Below are positions 40,194 to 50,521 of a stretch of DNA of 64,000 bases, in pieces. A program made the translations under genes and the position numbers. This DNA is from an uncultured bacterium (GTDB lineage Bacteria; Bacillota_I; Bacilli_A; RFN20; CAG-826). Each line of letters begins with the position of its first letter. Positions within the stretch are counted from its first letter, which is position 1. The stretch covers positions 29,162-93,161 of the forward strand of contig CASGAD010000011.1 in assembly GCA_949299335.1 (NCBI GenBank), in the 5' to 3' direction. Under the pieces are notes generated by a model. It did no database searches, had not been told where the DNA came from, and saw nothing but the letters and a program-made list of their open reading frames with translations.

Positions 40194-41878
40194 CAAATAA
40201 AAAGTTATTTCTATTATCCTGCTTAGGTGTTTCTTTACTACTATCTTCTTGTGTGAGCAATTCATTAGTTGGCACTGGAAACGAAAATAAACCACAGACT
40301 CCAAGTTATGATGGGGGATTGCAAGGAGATGCCAGTGATGATGAGTTTATAGTTGAAGAAGATACTGATATTGAAACGCTTTTTGAAAACGCTGCGAAAT
40401 TACAAAAATATTCATATGAAGTAAGTGTAAATGTGAGCAAAACTCAAGAAGAGTTTACACAATATTTTACTGAGAATGCTTGGTATAGCGAATATGGTGA
40501 TGATAGTGATTTTGGCTATGCCCAAACATATAGTGAAAATAATTTATTTAAATTTTATATTAATGAAGAAGCAACTGAAGTTTACCCATCTGTATACGAA
40601 TACGGTGGTTATTATGCAAATGAGATTATTCAAGGATTATATAGTCCTTTAACTATTGCAAATATTAGTATGCTAGAGTCTACATTAGATACTCTTTCAA
40701 ATGATGGATATGAATGTTTAGGTAATAAATCTTATTTAGTTACTGATGTTGAAACAATGTCGGTTTTTCAATACATGTCAACATATGGAAGTTCAATTTC
40801 TGATTATATTGTTGCATTATATGTACAAATTATTGATTTAGATAGTTTAATTTTTGAAACTACATTAGATTTAGGCAGTTATGGATCTATTAAGGGCCTT
40901 TTTACTCCTCAAGAGAGTACTAAAATCGATTTTGTAAATGATGCAATTATTAATGATGGATTAAAAGGAATTAATGAACATCCTATGCTTTTAGAAGCTT
41001 CTAAAAAGTTTGATTTGAATAATTTTACTCTTAGTGGAGTTACTTTAATTGAATCTAATGGTTACAAAAATAAACCTACATCTACAATTTATTGTACAAA
41101 TGATTATTTTGTTTGTGATTTTGTTGATGAAAACTATTCTGATTTTGGCTTCGCTTTTATTAAAGCTAATACTATCATTGCTCTTTACGAAGAAACAGAA
41201 AGCGGAATAAGCAATAGTTATACTGAAATGAGTGTTGCTTATGATAGCTGTTATGAATTTAAATTCACAGAAGAAGGAGAAGTTAGATTTATTAAATTTA
41301 TTGGGCCACAAGAAACAGAAACAACTAAGTATTTATACGTTGATTCTTTACCTGAAGTTGGTGATGAAAATACTATTTATATCACTAAAAACTCTGAAGG
41401 AAAAATGATGGCTTATGAATATAGTGAAGGCGATAACGGATATACTTGGAAAGAATACTATGAATGGTATGATACGGTTGGAGATTTTTATGTATTTAAT
41501 GCTGGAGCAACTTTTTATCCAAGTTCAAATGCTTTTAGTGCTTTAGCTCCTTCGCTTTTTGAAACCGCAGATCATTCAGACTTAAATGATAACAATTTTA
41601 AGACTGCAAATAGTGATATTACATCTGCATTAGCTACTGGAATTTTTGGTTGGGGTTTCCAACCAACAACAACTTGGATGGGTTACATTACAGAAGCTTA
41701 TATGGATGTTAATTTGAATATTAATAACGAAATTGAATCTATTGATTTAGGATTAGGTGTTATGGCTTCTGTAAATGGTCATTTTGGTGTTCAAAGAATT
41801 TATTATAATTTCTCTAATTTCGGTTCAACTATGTATGCATCTGTTGATGATGCCTTATCATCAATTTATGGAGATTAA
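40190..41878 (+). CDS. Lipoprotein (562 aa), unknown function, same operon
   Basis: LLSSCVSNS lipobox. ATGA overlap with the upstream gene. No recognisable catalytic motif. Confidence 0.55.
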   Translation: MTNKKLFLLSCLGVSLLLSSCVSNSLVGTGNENKPQTPSYDGGLQGDASDDEFIVEEDTDIETLFENAAKLQKYSYEVSVNVSKTQEEFTQYFTENAWYSEYGDDSDFGYAQTYSENNLFKFYINEEATEVYPSVYEYGGYYANEIIQGLYSPLTIANISMLESTLDTLSNDGYECLGNKSYLVTDVETMSVFQYMSTYGSSISDYIVALYVQIIDLDSLIFETTLDLGSYGSIKGLFTPQESTKIDFVNDAIINDGLKGINEHPMLLEASKKFDLNNFTLSGVTLIESNGYKNKPTSTIYCTNDYFVCDFVDENYSDFGFAFIKANTIIALYEETESGISNSYTEMSVAYDSCYEFKFTEEGEVRFIKFIGPQETETTKYLYVDSLPEVGDENTIYITKNSEGKMMAYEYSEGDNGYTWKEYYEWYDTVGDFYVFNAGATFYPSSNAFSALAPSLFETADHSDLNDNNFKTANSDITSALATGIFGWGFQPTTTWMGYITEAYMDVNLNINNEIESIDLGLGVMASVNGHFGVQRIYYNFSNFGSTMYASVDDALSSIYGD

Positions 41879-41881
41879 TTT

Positions 41882-43885
41882 ATGAAAAAATTTCTATCTA
41901 TTATATCTTTTTCTTTCTTACTTTTTGGAAGTTTAACTTCTTGCGGAGATAGTGATGTCGGAAATGATACAAGTAAATACCCTACTCCAAAAGGTGCTCT
42001 ACAAGAAGCGTTTTATAAATTGAAAGATAATAATTTTACTTTATCTTATGAAGATTCTTATGCTGCTATTGGTATTAAAAGAAATCAAGAAACTAAATAT
42101 ACAACTTATTCACTTGAATCAAACGGTGACTTAGGATTCAATGGCTATGCTCAAAATGATGATTGTGTTTTTTCTTATAACATTGTTGATAATGAAGTCG
42201 TAAGTGGAGTACCAGTTATTGATTATAATAAAGGAATCATGATTAAGGATATCTATGATTATCGTGATGGGCTCGAAGATTTTGATTATACAATATTGCC
42301 TTCTACTTATAAAAGTGGTGAAGAATATAATTATGTTTTTGGTGAAAACACAAAAAACGATGAACTTATAATTTCAGTCTTTTTAAGAATGAATTATAAT
42401 CCATCTGCTTTGCCTCGTGAATTGACAATGAAAGTTGTTGCTGGCAATTTACAAATTAGTGCAATTACTAATTATTATGAATTACAAGATGCCTATGATT
42501 CTTGTAATGTTGTTGCTTATGATGTAGGAGAAACTGAGAATACTATAATTAAAAAATACCTTGATGATGGCTTGACTTCTAAAACTCCTTTGGATCAAAA
42601 GTTCTTCCATTTAATCGCGCCATATTTAGAATCTTATAATTATAAGACAACAATTGATGCTAGAAGCCTTAAAACCGAAGATGGCATGGGGTATGAAACA
42701 TTTCTTCAAGATCAGTATTTTACTGAGAACGCCATAATTTATGATACTTTAAGCGACAATTCTAATGTTGTGACTGGGGACCTTCAAACTGGCCTTGGCT
42801 TAGTATGTAATTTCTCAATGAATAGCATAGATGCTGATAAAATTGATATTACATACACACCTCCTACACAAGATGGCGAATTTTATACTTATTTATATGG
42901 TGAATATTTAACATATTCAATGGCTTCTTTAAATTTTTCAAATTTCGTTGGATATGTTGATGATACAAAAGAAAATTCATATTATATTACTGACTCTCAA
43001 ACAATTAGTATTTTAAGTTATATTTGCCAATACGAAATTAACGATACAGATAGAGCCGTTAGAAGCTTACGTTTAGAAGTTGATGATTGGAACAAGAATG
43101 AATTTACATTATATTTTGATATTTATAATCGTTCTACAAATTTAGATAAAGGTGAGTTAAAGGTTAAATTTAGTGATGTAAACAATGTTTCAATGCCTGC
43201 AGTTGAGCGCTACTTAAATATTGGTGGTAAGGCTTCCGAACAAAATTTGGATACTTTGAAATCAGTTTTAAATAAATTTAAGAGTAATAATTACTCCATG
43301 GATATTTATGGAGGTTTTGGATTAGCAAAAGCTTATTTTACTGAAAATTATTATTATTTTGAAACCTATGGAAGCAAAGCTAATAACTATGGCTTCATTA
43401 AATTAGATGGTTCGATATATGAGTTCTCATTAGTTTATAATAATGACAATGAAATAACTGATATTTCAATCGACAAGAGTAAAGATTTAGTAGATGAAGG
43501 TATGCAATTGCCTGGCTGCGGAGCCTTCTATGGTAGTGATGATGATGCTTTCTATTTCTCTTGTTTTGATGAAAGCATATATGACTATGATGAATATGAG
43601 CAAGATAATATTTTTGGATATAGTTATTGGAGAAATAAAACATCAGGACTAAGTCAAAAGATTCTAGATTATTTTTCACCTAATAACACTGTAAATTTAC
43701 CACAAGGTAGCGGATTTATGGTTAGTGATGGTGGGGATGATAGTTATGATACAAGAGTAACATTAGTACTTTCGTATAGTAATGAAAACGCCACGCAATT
43801 TGGAGCTTATATGGCCACTTATTATGATATTGATGGTACAAGTTTTGATTATTTAGATAATTTTATATTAGAAAATAATAAGTGA
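41882..43885 (+). CDS. Lipoprotein (667 aa), unknown function, same operon
   Basis: SLTSCGDSD lipobox. Starts 3 nt after the upstream stop. Confidence 0.55.
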   Translation: MKKFLSIISFSFLLFGSLTSCGDSDVGNDTSKYPTPKGALQEAFYKLKDNNFTLSYEDSYAAIGIKRNQETKYTTYSLESNGDLGFNGYAQNDDCVFSYNIVDNEVVSGVPVIDYNKGIMIKDIYDYRDGLEDFDYTILPSTYKSGEEYNYVFGENTKNDELIISVFLRMNYNPSALPRELTMKVVAGNLQISAITNYYELQDAYDSCNVVAYDVGETENTIIKKYLDDGLTSKTPLDQKFFHLIAPYLESYNYKTTIDARSLKTEDGMGYETFLQDQYFTENAIIYDTLSDNSNVVTGDLQTGLGLVCNFSMNSIDADKIDITYTPPTQDGEFYTYLYGEYLTYSMASLNFSNFVGYVDDTKENSYYITDSQTISILSYICQYEINDTDRAVRSLRLEVDDWNKNEFTLYFDIYNRSTNLDKGELKVKFSDVNNVSMPAVERYLNIGGKASEQNLDTLKSVLNKFKSNNYSMDIYGGFGLAKAYFTENYYYFETYGSKANNYGFIKLDGSIYEFSLVYNNDNEITDISIDKSKDLVDEGMQLPGCGAFYGSDDDAFYFSCFDESIYDYDEYEQDNIFGYSYWRNKTSGLSQKILDYFSPNNTVNLPQGSGFMVSDGGDDSYDTRVTLVLSYSNENATQFGAYMATYYDIDGTSFDYLDNFILENNK

Positions 43886-43895
43886 GGTTAATAAA

Positions 43896-46757
43896 ATGAG
43901 AAAGAGTTTTTTAGCTTTAAGTTTGTTAGTTGCTATTGCACCAATTGGATTAGTACTTAATTCTTGTAGCAATGATAATGTTCAAAATGAAGATAACATT
44001 ACAGGTGTTGAGATTTCTGGACCAATTTGGGTAAATGTAGGCAGTAGCATTACATTGAAGGCTGACGTCATAGGAAGCGATGATGATTTAGTTAACTGGA
44101 AGGTAAATGATGAAACAATTGCTACCATAGATAATGATGGAAAATTAACTGGTATTAGTGAAGGTGAAGTTGAAGTCACAGCCACATCAGTTGCTGCGCC
44201 TGAATTTTCTGGTAAATATACAGTTTCTATAAAAGGTATACAGTCTGAAGGAATAGAACTAGTTATTTTATCTGATGATCCAGATATTAAAATCGAAAAT
44301 GGCATTTATCGAATTCCTGGTGGAAAGGAATTTAAAATTGGCTATAAGTTAACTAATGAAAGCGCAAGTAAGCCAACAAGTGTTGCTTATTCCTTTTCTT
44401 TCGCTAACGGAGATTCTGCGACAAGTTTACTTTGTGATATTGAATTACAAGAGGATCAAACTGCTATAGTTAAATTTAATAGTGTTTTTACTGGCGGTGT
44501 TTTAACTGTCGCAGCAAGATATACTTCTTCAATTAATCCAGAATTAAAACACTCTATTTCTGTTGAAAGCTACGACAAAAATAGTGATAACGATGCAAAA
44601 CTTGAGGATATTATCGAAAATATTAAAGAGAAAGAATTGTCAAGCTTAACTAGTGCTCATAGAAAAGTTATTACTTTAAATGAAACTTCGAATAGTGGAG
44701 TAAGTGAAATAAACGAGAACTTCGAAATTTATGATGGTGCTGTATATAGTAGTAAATCTACAACTATTGACGATGAAACTACAAAGGAAAATACATATTC
44801 GACAGTTGATGCTACTAACAATGCGTTCTATTTATTCTCTTATAATAATGATAAAACTATTGATACTATTTATATGAATGAGGTTTATGATGTATCAGAA
44901 AAAGATATTTATTTAGAATATTCTAAATTGCCTCATTTTATAGGAAAAGAGTTGCCATCTTTTGGATTTGGTTCATTATTGAATTCAATGTCGTTTAATG
45001 ATACATATGAAGGCGGTGATGCTTTTGGCAATTTTGATGCGAAGGGCAATGCTACTTATACTTTCAATTCAAATAACGTAGTAATAAAAAGTGAATTTAT
45101 CAATGAATCTCAAAACACTATTGATTTATCTTTGGAATTTAATTATTCGTCTAGTTATGAATTAACTGATTATGAGTTTGTATATTCTGTAAAGCTTAAT
45201 GGTGAAACAGAATCTAAAGTTTATTATCAAGAAAATGGTAGTAACTTTGTTTATGGTGATAAAGAAATCGACACCGATAAAGACATTGATATAAGTTTAT
45301 ATTATATTAAGTCTTTTAATGTTGAATATATCGAAAATTATTATCCTGAGGATAATTCTAGATATGAATATATTTCGCACGAAGTTGATTCTGAAGGCAA
45401 TGATGTTTATTCTTTAACATATGATCATTCATTGCCATTACAAATTAGACAAATTGTACCTAACACAGGAAGCACTTTAATTGATGTTGCTAAAGTTGTA
45501 GCAAAAACTACTGATGCAGAAACGAAAAATTATTATATTTATGAAGATGGTTCAATTGTTATTTCTGCACCAAAGAACGAGGATGGAGATTTCTTCGAAT
45601 GCACTACAACTGTTGAATTCGAAACTAGAGGTGGCGGCAAAGATAAGGTTTTAATCAATTGGATAAAACCAGATTTAACTGGAATTAAATTTTCATATTC
45701 TAATAGTAGTCAAATGCCAGAGAACACATTTACTTTCCCATCTATTAGAGCCTATCAAAACACTGCATATTTTTGGTTAAACCCAATACCTGATGATTCT
45801 ATATACAATTTCGGAATGAAAGTTGTTGAGGGTGATGAAAGTGGAATAAAATTAACCAAATATGAAGATGCAGCTAATATGGATAGAGCCCCAAGAGGAT
45901 CATATGCTATTGACGGAATTAAAGTTGGAACTTATACATTCTACTTCTATGTTGAAGGATATGAAGAAATTAAAACTCAAAATTATACCATTACTGTTTT
46001 AGAACCTATAAGTGTTGATGAATATAAGAGCAATTTAATTGGCAATACATACTTATACACAACTGGTATAAGTAAATTTGAATTAACTTTTGCATCCGAA
46101 ACAGACATGATTTTAAAAATGCCAACTTATCTTGCAGATACAACTAGTGGAGGAAGCGTTACAACTGTTGAAGAACATATTTCATATAAAATTAACGAAG
46201 GACAAGTAACTATTGACACTGATGGCGTAGACAAAGTTAACCAAATCTTTGAATCAACCGACGGATACTTTGAATCTGCATATGGTGGACCAATTGAAAT
46301 TAGCGATGATTTTACATCAGTTGGAATCAAATTAAGAATTAGAAGTGATGCTGAAGGCGATAAAGCCAATAATAGTTATAATGTATACACATTTACCAAA
46401 GTAGCTGATTTAGATGGCTTGGCAGGTAAAAAAGTTGAAACACAAGCGTTTATTACTGATTATGGTATGAGTAAATTTACTTTATCATTCTTAGATGATA
46501 CAAATGCTATGTTAGAAGTATATTCAGCAAATAATGTTTTTATTGGTGGTTTTACTTTTACTTATCAATATGACAAAGAAAATAATCAATTTATTGCAAG
46601 TAACGTGCTTTTATCTGACAACTGTGTCGAAGGTTTTGCTTATAAAGATATTTCTTTAATTTATGGAACTAATAATTTAAGAGTCTCGATATTAATTCCA
46701 AATCAATATTATGTTGCAACAGTCAATGCTGATTTTGATTTAAGTAAAGCTATATAA
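43896..46757 (+). CDS. Large lipoprotein (953 aa) with N-terminal bacterial Ig-like (Big_2) domain
   Basis: LVLNSCSNDN lipobox. ITGVEISGPIWVNVGSSITLKADVIGSDDDLVNWKVNDETIATIDNDGKLTGISEGEVEVTATS is a canonical Big_2 fold signature. Confidence 0.65.
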   Translation: MRKSFLALSLLVAIAPIGLVLNSCSNDNVQNEDNITGVEISGPIWVNVGSSITLKADVIGSDDDLVNWKVNDETIATIDNDGKLTGISEGEVEVTATSVAAPEFSGKYTVSIKGIQSEGIELVILSDDPDIKIENGIYRIPGGKEFKIGYKLTNESASKPTSVAYSFSFANGDSATSLLCDIELQEDQTAIVKFNSVFTGGVLTVAARYTSSINPELKHSISVESYDKNSDNDAKLEDIIENIKEKELSSLTSAHRKVITLNETSNSGVSEINENFEIYDGAVYSSKSTTIDDETTKENTYSTVDATNNAFYLFSYNNDKTIDTIYMNEVYDVSEKDIYLEYSKLPHFIGKELPSFGFGSLLNSMSFNDTYEGGDAFGNFDAKGNATYTFNSNNVVIKSEFINESQNTIDLSLEFNYSSSYELTDYEFVYSVKLNGETESKVYYQENGSNFVYGDKEIDTDKDIDISLYYIKSFNVEYIENYYPEDNSRYEYISHEVDSEGNDVYSLTYDHSLPLQIRQIVPNTGSTLIDVAKVVAKTTDAETKNYYIYEDGSIVISAPKNEDGDFFECTTTVEFETRGGGKDKVLINWIKPDLTGIKFSYSNSSQMPENTFTFPSIRAYQNTAYFWLNPIPDDSIYNFGMKVVEGDESGIKLTKYEDAANMDRAPRGSYAIDGIKVGTYTFYFYVEGYEEIKTQNYTITVLEPISVDEYKSNLIGNTYLYTTGISKFELTFASETDMILKMPTYLADTTSGGSVTTVEEHISYKINEGQVTIDTDGVDKVNQIFESTDGYFESAYGGPIEISDDFTSVGIKLRIRSDAEGDKANNSYNVYTFTKVADLDGLAGKKVETQAFITDYGMSKFTLSFLDDTNAMLEVYSANNVFIGGFTFTYQYDKENNQFIASNVLLSDNCVEGFAYKDISLIYGTNNLRVSILIPNQYYVATVNADFDLSKAI

Positions 46758-46781
46758 ATTTAGAATAATTATTTACTTATT

Positions 46782-46816
46782 AAAAATACTCTCCCTTAAA
46801 AATGGGAGAGTATTTT
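46782..46816 (+). terminator. Rho-independent terminator closing the operon
   Basis: AAAATACTCTCCC-ttaaaaat-GGGAGAGTATTTT. Confidence 0.75.
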
Positions 46817-46915
46817 AATAGATGAGGAAATATATCATGATTAATGCTAACATATTTTTAAAATTAATTAGACATATGTTCCTATTTTATGAAAGTTATC
46901 TTTTTTGTATTATTT

Positions 46916-47337
46916 TATAAGGTTATAATAAAAACATGATTAATGTAGCAATAAATGATGATATTAAGGAAGATGCTGATGCTTTAAAAAATGCACTTAA
47001 AGCGATTGAAGTTGACTATAATGTTATTTTTAATAATTTCTTTTTTGAAAGTGGAGAATCTTTTTAATTAATTACGAAAAGAATAAATATGATTTAATTT
47101 TTTTTGGATATTGAATTAGGAAAAGAAAACGGAATTAATGTTGCGAGAAAACTAAGAGTAATTGATAAAGAAACAATTATTATTTTTGTTACAAATGTAG
47201 CTAAATACGCTACCGAAGGATACGAAGTAGACGCACTAGATTATATCGTTAAACCCGTTGAAAAATTCGCTTTACAATTAAAAATGTCTAGAATAATTTC
47301 TAGAGTTCAAAAAATATTACTAATACAATTTTAATAA
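46916..47337 (+). pseudogene. Remnant of a LytTR-type response regulator (receiver domain only), frameshifted and truncated
   Basis: Reads MINVAINDDIKEDADALKNALKAIEVDYNVIFNNFFFESGESF, then a frameshift at a T5 run, then LINYEKNKYDLIF, then a frameshift at a T8 run, then FLDIELGKENGINVARKLRVIDKETIIIFVTNVAKYATEGYEVDALDYIVKPVEKFALQLKMS. Collinear with the intact regulator at 18306 (..FLDIEMSEINGMNVAHKIRKRNDFVIIVFVTRLISYAIEGYSVGAFDYVLKPFDEIEFNIKMQ). The LytTR domain is missing. Confidence 0.75.
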
Positions 47338-47350
47338 AAAGTATCAATGA

Positions 47351-48229
47351 CGAAATTATTTAGATTTCAATAGAGAGAATAAAATATTTAGAAGTAGATG
47401 GTCATTATATTATTTACCACCTATGATAATGGCAGGTTTTTTATATTTAGGAGCAGGCTTATGCATGGTTATTTTATACACAATTTATTTTATAAAACAT
47501 GCAAAACTGCGATTAAATTTTCAAAAAGGAGCATTAATTTATATAATTTTAATGATTTGCTTAGATGTTATTGCTCCAATTTTACTAATGTTATGACTTT
47601 CAATAACATCAGCTTCTAACGCATCTTTATTAAATAATTTTGAAATAGTAATGACTAGTCTTATAGCTTTTATAATTTTTAAAGAACATATTTCTTTTCG
47701 ATTGTCATTGGGAATAATTGTAGTGACACTATCTTGTGGCATTTTATCCTTTGAGGGTTTAGACGCTTTAAAATTTTCCATGGGGTCAATCTTTGTATTA
47801 CTGGCAGCTACCTGTTGGGGCATAGAAAATAATTGTACAAGGAAAATATCATATCTTGATCCTAAATTTATAGTCCTATTAAAAGGTATTTTTTCTGGAG
47901 GAATTTCGTTAACATTAGGATTTATATTTCAAGAAAGTATAGTCTTTACTTGGCCAGTATTTGCTTCCTTGGGAGTTGGAGTGGTGGCTTATGGATTGTC
48001 TATTTTCTTTTATGTATATGCTCAAAGATATATAGGGGCAGCTAAGACAAGTACCTTTTATGCAATTGCACCTTTTATATTGACATTATTATCAATTATT
48101 ATTTTTCAAGAAGAGATTACTATTCAATATTTAATGGCCTTAATTTTAATGATTTTAGGTGTGTATTACGTGAGTAATGAAACACCTTTTGCTAATGTAT
48201 ATCAAAAATATATATTAAGCAGATATTAA
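47351..48229 (+). pseudogene. EamA/DMT-family transporter, N-terminally truncated with an in-frame TGA
   Basis: A single frame from 47351 to 48229 encodes 9 TM segments of a two-domain EamA transporter (..APILLML*LSITSASNASLLNNFEIVMTSLIAFIIF.. and second EamA domain from 47651). In-frame TGA at 47594-47596. No start codon before the first TM, and TM1 is absent. The frame abuts the response-regulator remnant. Confidence 0.65.
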
Positions 48230-48300
48230 GTATTGCATTTAAATAAATCTAATTATTTAATCTATGTTAAAATTTTAAAAATTAGGGGATAAAAATAAAT

Positions 48301-48720
48301 ATGAGATACTATTTTGCGTATGGTTCTAATTTAAATTTGGAACAAATGAAAACTAGATGTAAAAATGCTATTAAAGTTGGAAAAGGTATTTTACCTGATT
48401 ATGAGCTTGAATTTAGAGTTTATTTAACTTTTTCAAAGTGTATAGGTAAAACTATACCTGTTGGTATATATCAAGTTGATGAGAGTGATGAAAAAAGACT
48501 TGATAGGTATAAAGGTTATCCAACTTTATATAGAAAAGAAAATGTTAAAGTGATTTATGGAGATACTGTTATAGAAGGCTTTATTTATGTAATGAATAAT
48601 GTTAGGAAAATAGAAACTCCTAATGATAGATATTTTTTAACTTGTAAAGAAGGTTATAAGGATTTTGGATTTGACGAATCATTATTAGATGAAGCTTATG
48701 AAAGAAGCAAATTATATTAA
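48301..48720 (+). CDS. AIG2/GGCT-like gamma-glutamyl cyclotransferase family protein
   Basis: YFAYGSNLNLEQMKTRC is the GGCT-fold signature (YFAYGSN). Confidence 0.65.
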   Translation: MRYYFAYGSNLNLEQMKTRCKNAIKVGKGILPDYELEFRVYLTFSKCIGKTIPVGIYQVDESDEKRLDRYKGYPTLYRKENVKVIYGDTVIEGFIYVMNNVRKIETPNDRYFLTCKEGYKDFGFDESLLDEAYERSKLY

Positions 48721-48723
48721 TAT

Positions 48724-49221
48724 ATGGTTATAAAAGGCAAAGAAAAAGAAATAGAAAAATATATGAAAATTTACGAAAAAGCTCGTAAATTCATGATAAA
48801 AAGTGGAAATAAGAATCAATGGATTAATGGTTATCCATCAAAAGAAATTATTTTAGAAGATATTAAGAATGGTAACTTCTATGTTTTAAAAGACGATAAA
48901 GATATATTAGCTATATTTACTTTTATTGGTGGTATAGATAATACTTATTTAAAAATATATGATGGTTCGTGGCGTAATGATTCACCATATTTTACAATTC
49001 ATCGAATAGCTTCATCATTTATAAAATATAATGTTTTTCATGAAGTAATTGAATTTTGCAAAACGAAAACCAATCATATCAGGATTGATACTCATAAAGA
49101 TAATATTGTTATGCAAAAGGCGATACTTAAAGAAGGGTTTACTTTTCAGGGAATTATTTATTTAGAAAACGGAGATCCTCGACTTGCTTATGAGTTTATT
49201 GACAAAAACATAAATCTTTAG
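48724..49221 (+). CDS. Small acyl-CoA N-acyltransferase-like protein (GNAT fold), putative
   Basis: 165 aa starting 3 nt after the previous stop. The call rests on overall GNAT-like length and architecture; no specific conserved motif could be matched by eye. Confidence 0.4.
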   Translation: MVIKGKEKEIEKYMKIYEKARKFMIKSGNKNQWINGYPSKEIILEDIKNGNFYVLKDDKDILAIFTFIGGIDNTYLKIYDGSWRNDSPYFTIHRIASSFIKYNVFHEVIEFCKTKTNHIRIDTHKDNIVMQKAILKEGFTFQGIIYLENGDPRLAYEFIDKNINL

Positions 49222-49268
49222 TTCAAATTTATTTAATTTTAGTGTATGATTATAGAGTTCGAACACAC

Positions 49269-49355
49269 GGCCCAGTGTCGAAATTGGTAGACGAACTTGA
49301 CTCAAAATCAAGCGCTCTCGCGGGCGTACCGGTTCGAGTCCGGTCTGGGCCACCA
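49269..49355 (+). tRNA. tRNA-Leu (anticodon CAA), class II with long variable arm
   Basis: Acceptor GGCCCAG/CTGGGCC. D-loop with the AATTGGTAGA element, anticodon stem CTTGA/TCAAG and loop CTCAAAA (CAA). 15-nt variable arm, T-arm ACCGG-TTCGAGT-CCGGT, discriminator A, encoded CCA. 87 nt. Confidence 0.95.
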
Positions 49356-49368
49356 TTAGAAAATAGTA

Positions 49369-49398
49369 AGAGTGATAAGTAAAATATCACTCTTTTTT
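49369..49398 (+). terminator. Rho-independent terminator after the tRNA
   Basis: AGAGTGATA-agtaaaa-TATCACTCT hairpin followed by TTTTTT. Confidence 0.7.
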
Positions 49399-49399
49399 C

Positions 49400-50206
49400 T
49401 TATTTATGGCTTGAACTCACTATAACTTTAAAATGCTTAAGTGCGTTATATAGTCCGTCATTTTCGATATTATCAGTAACGTAATATGCATATTTTTTAG
49501 CTTCATCTTTGCCATTGCCTAAACATATTCCATATTTAACCATCTCAAACATTGGAATATCATTTATATCATCCCCAAAGGCCATGGCTTCTTCTTTTTT
49601 AAGATTTAAATAATTATAGATTGTTTTAACGCCAGTACTTTTTAAAAATTCTTTAGCAGTTAATTCAATATTAGTATCTGCAAATCTATTAAATAGTAAG
49701 TGGTACTTGTCAGCCATTTCTTTAAGTAATGGATCATCAGTTGCTCTAGAAAAAATTTGAATAGCTAAAACTTTTTCGTTTTGATACTTAGAAAAATCAA
49801 GTGGGTAAGGTTCATAAAAAACATCATAGAATTCTTTAATGATATTTTTATCAACTTCTTTAATGTAAGTATTGTATTGAGTAATTAAGTTATAGCCAAA
49901 ATGATGTTTGTCTAAAAAAGTGATAATTTTATTTTTAATCGCATCATCGATAAAATCAGCATAAAGAGTTTTAGAATCAATCATACAAGCCCCGCCATTA
50001 GTGACTACATAGCCATCAAATGGTATTAAATCAAATGTTTTTAATCCTTTTAATGCGTAATAAGTTCTTGCTGAATTGATTATTAACTTTACGCCTTTTT
50101 CATGAGCTTTATTTAAGGCCTCAACACCTTTTTTGTTAAACGTTCTTGTTTTATGATCGAATAAAGTCCAATCAAAATCTAAAAATATTGCTTTAATTTT
50201 GTCCAT
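49400..50206 (-). CDS. Cof-type HAD-IIB phosphatase
   Basis: KAIFLDFDWTLFDH (DxDxT motif I), ..INSART (motif II), ..GDDINDIPMF (motif IV, GDxxND). Confidence 0.8.
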   Translation of the reverse strand: MDKIKAIFLDFDWTLFDHKTRTFNKKGVEALNKAHEKGVKLIINSARTYYALKGLKTFDLIPFDGYVVTNGGACMIDSKTLYADFIDDAIKNKIITFLDKHHFGYNLITQYNTYIKEVDKNIIKEFYDVFYEPYPLDFSKYQNEKVLAIQIFSRATDDPLLKEMADKYHLLFNRFADTNIELTAKEFLKSTGVKTIYNYLNLKKEEAMAFGDDINDIPMFEMVKYGICLGNGKDEAKKYAYYVTDNIENDGLYNALKHFKVIVSSSHK

Positions 50207-50521
50207 GCAAAAATAATATAATTATTTTTCTTAGCTTTCAAATGTTTGATAAATAATTTATGAGTTTAATTGAATAGAATTTGCTTATTTCTTTCTTCAA
50301 TAAGTTTTTCTATTTTATAAAAAAATAAAAGTTAACCATATTAAATTTGTATTAAAAATATAATCAATAAACTTTATTTTATTAGTTATTTTGATAAATA
50401 AACACGCAATAATTAAGTATTTTATAAAGAAAAAGATATTTTTGATTTTTATATTAGTTTTATATTTAAATATTTTAAGGTTTATAGAAAAAAGTAATCT
50501 TAATCTATCAGGAGGGTGATT

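Noticed and set aside
47398-47619. 73-aa ORF listed in the track
   Set aside because: It is in the wrong frame. The adjacent frame encodes recognisable EamA transmembrane helices continuous with ORF 47651-48229.
49162-49356. Minus-strand 64-aa ORF
   Set aside because: It overlaps tRNA-Leu exactly; it is a translation of the tRNA antisense strand.
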